Assembly: GCA_902625895.1 (NCBI GenBank)
Contig: CACODD010000003.1
Span: 1 to 62,099, forward strand
DNA: 62,099 nucleotides
Direction: 5' to 3'
Source of the DNA: an uncultured Alphaproteobacteria bacterium
GTDB lineage: Bacteria; Pseudomonadota; Alphaproteobacteria; Methylaequorales; Methylaequoraceae
Shown: positions 54,950-62,099 of the stretch, piece by piece
Numbering within the stretch: the first letter of the stretch is position 1
Layout of the letters: the number at the start of each line of letters is the position of its first letter
Position numbers and translations under genes: made by a program
The notes under the pieces: generated by a model
What the model was told of the DNA's origin: nothing
Databases searched by the model: none
Seen by the model: only the letters and a program-made list of their open reading frames with translations

Positions 54950-56455
54950 ATGGTAGAAAATTTAGGACATATAGTCAACGGAAAATCAATTCATGATTCT
55001 GGTGCTCCCATTGAAATTTTTAATCCTTCTAATGGCAAGATTATTTCAACTATTTCGAATGCTTCCGATAAAATAATTGAAAACACATTGAACAGTTCAA
55101 CAGAAGCGTTCAATGAATGGAAAAATTTTTCAATTGCTAAACGCTCTTCCATTTTATTCGAATACAAGGTCTTGCTAGAAAAAAATATACAGAAACTTGC
55201 GGAAATAATAAGTAAGGATTTAGGAAAAGTTCACGATGATGCAGTGGGTGAAATTAGAAGAGGTATTGAAAATGTAGAGTACGCCTGCGGTATAGGAGAA
55301 ATTTTAAAGGGAGAATTTAACAAAAATATTAGTACCTCTGTAGACTCATGGAGTGAATTTTCGCCATTGGGGCCCGTTCTAGGTATTACGCCATTCAACT
55401 TTCCTGCAATGGTTCCTCTATGGATGTTTCCACTTGCGATTGCTGCTGGAAATTCCTTTATTTTAAAACCTTCAGAAAAAGATCCACTTGGTTCTATGTT
55501 CATAGTTGAGCTATTTAATCAAACTAAAGCTCCTCGTGGACTCTTAAATTTATTAAATGGAGATAAGAGTGTAGTAAATAAGTTAATAAAAGATGATAGA
55601 ATAAAAGCTGTAAGTTTTGTGGGTTCAACACCTGTTGCTAAAAATATATATGAAACCTCTGCAATTTCAGGTAAAAGATGTCAAGCTCTTGGTGGTGCTA
55701 AGAATCATGCTTTGATTTTACCTGATGCTGATATAGATTATACAACAGATCAGCTAATATCTGCTGCTTACGGTTCGTCAGGTCAGCGTTGCATGGCTTT
55801 ATCTGTTGCGGTAGTTTTTTCAGATATAAAGAATGAATTTATCCAAGATCTCGAAAGAAAAGTGCAGAAATTAAAATTTGGATTTGATGATCTTCATTCT
55901 AATAGTTTTGGGCCATTAGTTTCAAAAGAGCATTTAGAATCGGTTAAAAATTATATAGACATGTCTGAAGAGGAGGGAGCCAGAGTTTTAATTGATGGGA
56001 GAGACTTTCTAAAAAGAAAAAATTCTAATAATGGTTATTTTCTTGGTCCCACTATTATTGACAATGTCAGTTCGAATATGAAATCATACCAGAATGAAAT
56101 ATTTGGTCCAGTTCTTCAAATTATCGAAGTGAAAAAATTGTCAGATGCAATCAAACTTATTAATAATAACAAATTTGGGAATGGATGTTGTATTTTCACG
56201 AGAAGTGGAGAACAAGCGAAATCCTTTTCTGAAAATGTAGAAATTGGAATGGTAGGTGTTAACATACCATTGCCGGTACCTACTTCATTCCACAGTTTCG
56301 GTGGGTGGAAGAATTCGCTATTTGGTGATCTTAATATCTATGGCCCAGATGGTGTAAGATTTTACACCCAAAGAAAAACGATTACTCAAAGATGGCCGAC
56401 TTCTGGTTCGTCAAAAGGAGTAGATTTATCAATGCCTAATAATTTAAAACAATAA
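54950..56455 (+). CDS. mmsA: Methylmalonate-semialdehyde dehydrogenase (CoA-acylating)
   Basis: About 500 aa ALDH with GNSFILKPSEKDP and SSGQRCMALSV, which are typical of MmsA. Confidence 0.85.
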   Translation: MVENLGHIVNGKSIHDSGAPIEIFNPSNGKIISTISNASDKIIENTLNSSTEAFNEWKNFSIAKRSSILFEYKVLLEKNIQKLAEIISKDLGKVHDDAVGEIRRGIENVEYACGIGEILKGEFNKNISTSVDSWSEFSPLGPVLGITPFNFPAMVPLWMFPLAIAAGNSFILKPSEKDPLGSMFIVELFNQTKAPRGLLNLLNGDKSVVNKLIKDDRIKAVSFVGSTPVAKNIYETSAISGKRCQALGGAKNHALILPDADIDYTTDQLISAAYGSSGQRCMALSVAVVFSDIKNEFIQDLERKVQKLKFGFDDLHSNSFGPLVSKEHLESVKNYIDMSEEEGARVLIDGRDFLKRKNSNNGYFLGPTIIDNVSSNMKSYQNEIFGPVLQIIEVKKLSDAIKLINNNKFGNGCCIFTRSGEQAKSFSENVEIGMVGVNIPLPVPTSFHSFGGWKNSLFGDLNIYGPDGVRFYTQRKTITQRWPTSGSSKGVDLSMPNNLKQ

Positions 56456-56466
56456 AAGGAGTAAAA

Positions 56467-57348
56467 ATGAAAAAGTTATTGATGATACTTGCGATAATAT
56501 CGCTTAATTTCTTAGATAAAACTGCCCACTCGGATGGTCACGTTGAGAAAGTATGGGAAACTGAAAAAGTTTTTGAATTACCAGAATCTGTAATCTATGA
56601 CCCAACAAATGATGTTCTTTATGTTTCAAACATTACAGATCATCCTTTTAAAAAAGATGGTACTGGGTATATTTCCAAACTTGGTCTTGATGGAACTATT
56701 ATAAAAAAAAAATGGATTAATAAACTTAATGCTCCTAAAGGGCTTACAATTAGTAATGATAAATTATATATCGCTGATGTTGATGAGCTAGTAGAAGTAG
56801 ACATCGCTACTGCTAAAGTTACAAATAAATATAAAGGTTATGGTTCAGTATGTATGAATGACGTTACTCATGATAAGTATGGTAATGTTTATGTGGGGGA
56901 TACATATAATGATACTATTTATAGATTAAATCAATTCGGACAACTTCCTGCATGGTTTTATAGTCCAGGGTTAGCGCCTAATGGAATTCACATTGATGAA
57001 GAAGATGGTAATTTGATAGTTGGAAGTTGGGGGGCAGTAATGGAAGGCTGGGGAACTCCAGAGCTCAAAGGAAGCTTAAAAAGTATTAATATTCACACCA
57101 AAAAAATGAAGAATTTAGGTAAGAAACCTATCGGTAATTTAGACGGTATAGAGTCCGATGGTAAAGGTTCATACTTCGTTACTGATTGGACTGGTGCAAA
57201 GCTTTACAATATTAATAAAAAGGGAAAATTCAAAGTAATAGCTGAAGTTGGTAAAGGTGCGGCTGATCATGAGGTTATTTTAGATAAGAATCTTATTATA
57301 ATTCCAGTAATGGCTGAAGGAAAGGTTATTGCACTAAAAGTCAAATAA
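56467..57348 (+). CDS. Secreted beta-propeller-like protein (SMP-30/gluconolactonase-like?)
   Basis: Signal peptide. Repeated hydrophobic-G-D/N blade-like motifs (LYVSN, LYIADV, VYVGDT, LIVGSWG, YFVTDW). The family call is tentative. Confidence 0.45.
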   Translation: MKKLLMILAIISLNFLDKTAHSDGHVEKVWETEKVFELPESVIYDPTNDVLYVSNITDHPFKKDGTGYISKLGLDGTIIKKKWINKLNAPKGLTISNDKLYIADVDELVEVDIATAKVTNKYKGYGSVCMNDVTHDKYGNVYVGDTYNDTIYRLNQFGQLPAWFYSPGLAPNGIHIDEEDGNLIVGSWGAVMEGWGTPELKGSLKSINIHTKKMKNLGKKPIGNLDGIESDGKGSYFVTDWTGAKLYNINKKGKFKVIAEVGKGAADHEVILDKNLIIIPVMAEGKVIALKVK

Positions 57349-57352
57349 GAAA

Positions 57353-58729
57353 ATGTCATCACAAAAACTTGGAATATTTAACAACTTATCAAAACCGTTT
57401 GTTAAATTAGTTGAAAGATATTACCCAGATGCATTTATTTTTGTAATCGTTTTGTCTGTGTTAACTTTTGCTTTGGCACTTGTTAGCACAGATTCCACTT
57501 CTATTGAAGTTTTGGAGGCTTGGGGTAATGGTCTTCCAAAGCTGTTTACATTTACTGCTCAAATTACAATAATAATGATATCGGCTCATGCTCTTGCTCA
57601 TACAAAGCCAGTTGAAAATATTTTATCTAAGATTGGATCTTACCCTAATTCGCAAATTCAAGCTTATGCTCTTGTTACATTTATTTCGGGGTTAGCAAGT
57701 TTATTTGCATGGTCTTTTGGATTAATTGTCGGCGGAATTATTTCAAAATTTGTAGCTATTGGATGCTCAAAGAAAAGAATTAGAATTCATTATCCTCTTT
57801 TAGTTGCATCTGCTTATTCTGGTTATGTAATTTGGCATATGGGGTATTCTTCTTCCGCGGCATTATTTGTATCCTCAAGCGGACACTCTTTAGAAGAACA
57901 AATAGGCATTCTCCCTGTTACAGAAACAATATTTACTAATTTTAATATAACGTTAGCAATAATAACTCTTGCGATTATAACAATCATAAATCCTTTAATG
58001 AGACCTACGAATAAAACAGAGATTAAAGAGATAGATCCAAATGTTTTTCGTTTTAGTAACAGTAAAGACGATGTGCAAAATCTAAACCAAAATAATAGAA
58101 CATTTGCACAAGCAATTGAAAACAATAGATTAATAAGTTTATTTGTAGGTTTTGTCTTATTGTTTTTCATTTTTTATATTTTTCATCAAAAAGGATTTTC
58201 CTTAGATTTAAACCTTGTGAGTTGGACATTTTTAGGGTTGGGACTTATTTTATCCAGTTCACCAATTCATTATGTGAAATTGGTTAATAATGCGGCAATA
58301 ACAGTCGGACCAATTATTCTTCAATATCCGTTTTATGCAGGAATAATGGGCATGATGTCAGATACTGGCCTAATAAATGTAGTAGCAGCAAAAATTTCTC
58401 AAATTTCTTCTGCTGAAACACTAGGTTTTTATTCCTTTTTATCGGGTGGCCTGGTAAATATGTTTATTCCTTCCGGCGGAGGGCAGTGGGCTGTTCAAGG
58501 TCCTGTTATGATAGAAGCTGCCAAGAATCTTAATGTAGAGCCCTATGTAGTGGTACTTGGAGTTGCTTATGGGGATCAGTGGACTAATATGATTCAACCT
58601 TTTTGGACCATACCACTTCTTGCAATAGCGGGACTTCATATGCGACAGATTATGGGTTATACCTTTGTAATATTTCTGATTACTGGTTTTTTATATGGAG
58701 GAGGAATGCTTTATTTAGGATCGGGTTAG
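57353..58729 (+). CDS. atoE: Short-chain fatty acid transporter (AtoE family)
   Basis: It is colinear by eye with E. coli AtoE (YPDAFIF, GHALA, YPLLVA.AY, FPFYAGI, PSGGGQW.VQGP, AYGDQWTNM.QPFW..P). Confidence 0.85.
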   Translation: MSSQKLGIFNNLSKPFVKLVERYYPDAFIFVIVLSVLTFALALVSTDSTSIEVLEAWGNGLPKLFTFTAQITIIMISAHALAHTKPVENILSKIGSYPNSQIQAYALVTFISGLASLFAWSFGLIVGGIISKFVAIGCSKKRIRIHYPLLVASAYSGYVIWHMGYSSSAALFVSSSGHSLEEQIGILPVTETIFTNFNITLAIITLAIITIINPLMRPTNKTEIKEIDPNVFRFSNSKDDVQNLNQNNRTFAQAIENNRLISLFVGFVLLFFIFYIFHQKGFSLDLNLVSWTFLGLGLILSSSPIHYVKLVNNAAITVGPIILQYPFYAGIMGMMSDTGLINVVAAKISQISSAETLGFYSFLSGGLVNMFIPSGGGQWAVQGPVMIEAAKNLNVEPYVVVLGVAYGDQWTNMIQPFWTIPLLAIAGLHMRQIMGYTFVIFLITGFLYGGGMLYLGSG

Positions 58730-58835
58730 TTTTTTTAAATATTCTTAATAATTATTTAACAAAAATGTAACAAAAAGATAACAAATAATTTTTAATGTGC
58801 TTTAATTATTAACTCATTTTAATGAAAGATAACTT

Positions 58836-60206
58836 ATGAAATACATAGTTTTTTTTAATCTTATTTTCTTTTTAATTTTTACCTCTAATACTTTACATTC
58901 TCAAGACAATTCATCAGAGATCGAGTTATTAAAAGAAAAAATAAAAAAAATTGAAACAGATCTAGATAATAATAAAAAAAATAAGGCATATTTTGAGAAG
59001 GGTAGAGGATTGCAAATAAAAAGCTCTGATGGAAAATACAGTTTTCAAATTAAAGGTAGAATCATGTATGACATTGCCACAGTACTTGATTATGAGACTA
59101 CTGATACAAACGGAACACAATTAACCTCAGACGTACACCATGGAGGGCTTGGGTCAGATTTCAGAAGAGTACGATTTTCAATTAGTGGGAATATCGGAGA
59201 TGGTTGGGGGTTTAATATTACTCCTGATCTTTCAGATGGAGGTGATGATAGCGAAAGTCGGGACTTAACTTTCAAGGAACTTTTTATTTCTAAGGCATTT
59301 AAAGGTTTAGGTACTGTTTTTATCGGAAATCACAAGGCTGCCGGAGGATTGCATGAAAGTACAAGCTCAAATAACTTAATGTTTCAAAGACCCCATCATA
59401 ATGAGATGATGAACTTTGGACACAGAACAGGCATACATTATGACTCATCTGGTGCTTTTAGTGATAGATTTCACTTTAGAACTTCCCTTTTTCATGGGAG
59501 TGAAATGGCTTTTGATCAGCGTATTAGCGAAGATGGACATGAAACATTTGGTTTTAGCGTAACCTCAAAATACGAGTTTTATAAAGATGAGTTGAAAAAT
59601 GCCTCTGCTTTTATTGGGGTAAATTATAGTTTTTTAGATTTAAGTAATTTTGTTGGTACCTACGGAGGTGATAGTGCACGAGCAAACTACATCCATATGT
59701 TTAATGATAGAGCTGTGGATGATGATAGTATGTCAGACACTAATACATTTAAATTTTTTGGTCCTCAATTGAGTGTAATTTACGGCCAATTTTTTGCACA
59801 AGCTGAATATCAATATGGAGAATATGAATACAGTACCAGAGTAGATGGGCAGACAGAAGATGATTTAAATGGTCACGGTGGGTCGCTAGGGATTGCATAC
59901 GCTCTAAGTGGAAAGTTTAAACATGATATGAGTAGAGGTGGATTGAGCTCTTTTATATGCGAAAAAAACTGTTTTATACCGAAATATCAATATGAAGCAA
60001 TTGATTTTTTAGATTATGGCAGCTTAACTGCTGACAGAGGTGGTGGAGCTGGACAATTACATACTTTTGGTTTTAATCATTACTTTAACTCTAATGTAAG
60101 GCTAATGGCTCACTATGTCTATGGGGATTACTCTTCTGATGACAGCCAAAGTTTAGATGAATCAAAAATTCAAACTTTACATGCAAGATTGCATCTTAAG
60201 TTTTAA
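58836..60206 (+). CDS. Outer-membrane porin (phosphate-selective porin O/P-like)
   Basis: Signal peptide, N-terminal coiled coil (IELLKEKIKKIE), alternating beta-strand pattern, and a C-terminal ...LHLKF. Confidence 0.7.
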   Translation: MKYIVFFNLIFFLIFTSNTLHSQDNSSEIELLKEKIKKIETDLDNNKKNKAYFEKGRGLQIKSSDGKYSFQIKGRIMYDIATVLDYETTDTNGTQLTSDVHHGGLGSDFRRVRFSISGNIGDGWGFNITPDLSDGGDDSESRDLTFKELFISKAFKGLGTVFIGNHKAAGGLHESTSSNNLMFQRPHHNEMMNFGHRTGIHYDSSGAFSDRFHFRTSLFHGSEMAFDQRISEDGHETFGFSVTSKYEFYKDELKNASAFIGVNYSFLDLSNFVGTYGGDSARANYIHMFNDRAVDDDSMSDTNTFKFFGPQLSVIYGQFFAQAEYQYGEYEYSTRVDGQTEDDLNGHGGSLGIAYALSGKFKHDMSRGGLSSFICEKNCFIPKYQYEAIDFLDYGSLTADRGGGAGQLHTFGFNHYFNSNVRLMAHYVYGDYSSDDSQSLDESKIQTLHARLHLKF

Positions 60207-60369
60207 AGATTCTTCATTGTTGATCTTTAAGAACTAAGATCTCTTTGTTACCTAATATTAAACAACAACTATAAATCTTGACATTGGAAAGGGTACAGTA
60301 ATAGCTGTTGGCATTAGTTTAAAGAATTCCATAAAGCAAGTCGTATAATATATATTATGTTAAATTATT

Positions 60370-61197
60370 TTATACCAAGCTCAAGGCATGTTCTTTTATT
60401 GAATCTAAGTCAACTGATTGGCTATAAGCAATAAAAGCTCCATTTCTAAAATTTTTCTTTCCATACAAAAATTTACAGATATCGTTATTTTCAAAACCAA
60501 GCAGATTGGCATTAGAAGTTTGAATTATTGAATGTCCAGCTGCGATATCCCATTCCATTGTTGTGCCGAACCTTACATAGAGATTAGCTTTTGAGTCAGC
60601 TATCATACAAAGTTTTAAAGAAGAACCTTTTTTTATTAAAGGATTCTCATAATTAATTTTAGATAAAAAATCCTCTGTTTTTTTATCTAAATGTGATCTG
60701 CTACAAACTATTGACAATTCAGCTGATTTAGATGAATTAATTATTTGTGCCTCATTTTTTATTAACCTGAACGAATTATAACCATTAGAATAATATTGTG
60801 TTTTTAGTACAGGAACATCAATAACTCCAATTTGTGGACGATTTTGTTGGATAAGTGCAATATTTACTGTAAATTCGCCGTTCTTATTTAAAAACTCTTT
60901 AGTACCGTCTAAAGGGTCAATTAATATAAATTCATCAAAATCGTTACAATCAGGGATTTGTGACTCTTCAGAAACCCTTGTAATAGACCTTAATTCCTTT
61001 TTGAGTATTTCAATTATTATTCTATTAGACTCAATGTCAGCTTTTGTTAAAGGAGTGTTGTCTTTTTTTATTGTCTTGGTTACTTGATCGCATTCATATA
61101 TTTCTAGAATTTTAGATGCAGCTTTGTTTGAAGCAAATCTAAATATTTCTGTTATTTCTTCAAAGTTATAATTTTTTATTGTATTTTTTTTTGGCAT
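60370..61197 (-). CDS. cysQ: 3'(2'),5'-bisphosphate nucleotidase / inositol monophosphatase family
   Basis: VSEES, IDPLDGTKEF and WDIAAGH motifs are present. Confidence 0.8.
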   Translation of the reverse strand: MPKKNTIKNYNFEEITEIFRFASNKAASKILEIYECDQVTKTIKKDNTPLTKADIESNRIIIEILKKELRSITRVSEESQIPDCNDFDEFILIDPLDGTKEFLNKNGEFTVNIALIQQNRPQIGVIDVPVLKTQYYSNGYNSFRLIKNEAQIINSSKSAELSIVCSRSHLDKKTEDFLSKINYENPLIKKGSSLKLCMIADSKANLYVRFGTTMEWDIAAGHSIIQTSNANLLGFENNDICKFLYGKKNFRNGAFIAYSQSVDLDSIKEHALSLV

Positions 61198-62099
61198 TAT
61201 ATAACTTTTATCAAAGTTCTTCCTCTTATTTTTCCCTTTAATATTTGATTAGATATGTCGCGCAAGTCATTGAAACTCTTGCTAATTTTTATTTTTTTTA
61301 GAATTCTTTTATCCAAGTATTTTTCTAAAAATTTCCATGCATTGACCCTTTTTTTATAACTAGCATAAACACAATCAATTCCAGATAAAGTTATATTTCT
61401 TAGTATAAACGGGTAAACAGTTGTATTTAATGTTGCACTTTTTGCTAAACCTGTACTAACTACAATCCCATCATACATTGTTTCAGCTAATATAGTAGAC
61501 AAGATTTCTCCACCAACAGTATCGATAGTCCCCTGCCACTTTTGTTTGGATAAAGGATTTTTTGAATAATTAAAAGTATCTCTTTTAATAATGCTTGAAG
61601 CACCCAATTCTTTTAAGAATTTTTCATCTTTATTTGTTAAAGCCACAACTTTATAATTCAAATTAGCCAATAAATTTACTGCAATACAACCAACACCTCC
61701 TGATGCACCTGTAACTAAAATATTATTTGTAGTTGGTTTTTTTACTTTTTTTAACAATTCCTGAACGCACAAAGCAGCAGTGTATCCTGCAGCTCCAATA
61801 ATCATCGTTTCTTGAAGTGAAAAGTTATTCGGTAAATGAATTAACCAATCACTTTTGACTTGCGCATACTCTGCGAATCCACCAAAATGTTTTTCTCCAA
61901 TACCCCACCCATTACATAAAACTTTGTCCCCCTTCTTGAATTTTTTTGAGTTGGATTTCACAACCACACCCGAGAAATCTGCCCCTGGAATCATTGGAAA
62001 TCGTTTAATAATTGGTGCTTTGTTAAGAATTGCCAAACCGTCTTTATAGTTAAAACTTGTGTAATGAATTTTAATTAATACGTTTCCTTCCATTAACTC
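61197..62099 (-). CDS. NADPH:quinone/acrylyl-CoA reductase family oxidoreductase (YhdH/AcuI-like), 5' end beyond the window
   Basis: The frame stays open to nt 62099 (..ELMEGNVLIK). VLIKIHYTSFNYKDGLA and GASGGVG are present, so the Met at 62093 is probably internal. Confidence 0.8.
   Translation of the reverse strand, partial: ELMEGNVLIKIHYTSFNYKDGLAILNKAPIIKRFPMIPGADFSGVVVKSNSKKFKKGDKVLCNGWGIGEKHFGGFAEYAQVKSDWLIHLPNNFSLQETMIIGAAGYTAALCVQELLKKVKKPTTNNILVTGASGGVGCIAVNLLANLNYKVVALTNKDEKFLKELGASSIIKRDTFNYSKNPLSKQKWQGTIDTVGGEILSTILAETMYDGIVVSTGLAKSATLNTTVYPFILRNITLSGIDCVYASYKKRVNAWKFLEKYLDKRILKKIKISKSFNDLRDISNQILKGKIRGRTLIKVI

Overview
This is an AT-rich, tightly packed bacterial chromosome segment. 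The gene content and the synteny dacC-like/tmk/holB/metG/tatD/MBL, panD, recQ and mmsA look like a streamlined marine alphaproteobacterium (SAR11-like); that assignment is inference only. I support about 74 CDS and 3 tRNAs (Pro-UGG, Arg-UCU, Thr-UGU). I saw no rRNA, CRISPR array, transposase or integrase.

The left third (1-19.5 kb) is the unusual part and holds two type I secretion (T1SS) loci.

- **Locus 1 (plus strand, 1-7249):** two Gly/Pro-rich RTX cargo candidates, a peptidase-less ABC exporter and a HlyD adaptor.
- **Locus 2 (minus strand, 19541-9661):** a TolC-like OMP, a non-RTX Pro/Gly/Met/Asp-rich protein, an intrinsic terminator, a HlyB-like ABC with a C39-like domain, a HlyD adaptor fused to a cyclic-nucleotide-binding (cNMP) domain, a CHASE2 class III cyclase and two small cNMP-binding proteins. 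A duplicated DUF1538-like membrane protein with PII-like partners (9623-7251) follows on the same strand.
- **Both ABC exporters** lack the canonical Q-loop Gln, Walker-B Glu, H-loop His and LSGGQ signature.
- **My best candidate for an undescribed system** is a cAMP-gated T1SS that exports elastomer-like or disordered G/P-rich proteins.

The stretch 19.7-32.4 kb is accessory-looking. It starts at two tRNAs and contains many small secreted proteins of unknown function. It also holds an unlisted 25-codon PqqA-like precursor gene with its own SD and terminator but no pqqBCDE nearby, two tandem zinc-ribbon mini-ORFs coupled to an SRAP gene, and a MoxR/VWA pair.

The remainder (32.5-62 kb) is mostly housekeeping: a GIY-YIG/RecQ/nuclease/Ogt operon, panD, cell-wall enzymes, tmk-holB-metG-tatD, and an mmsA/AtoE/porin cluster.

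All calls come from reading the sequence and the ORF track. No database search was run.
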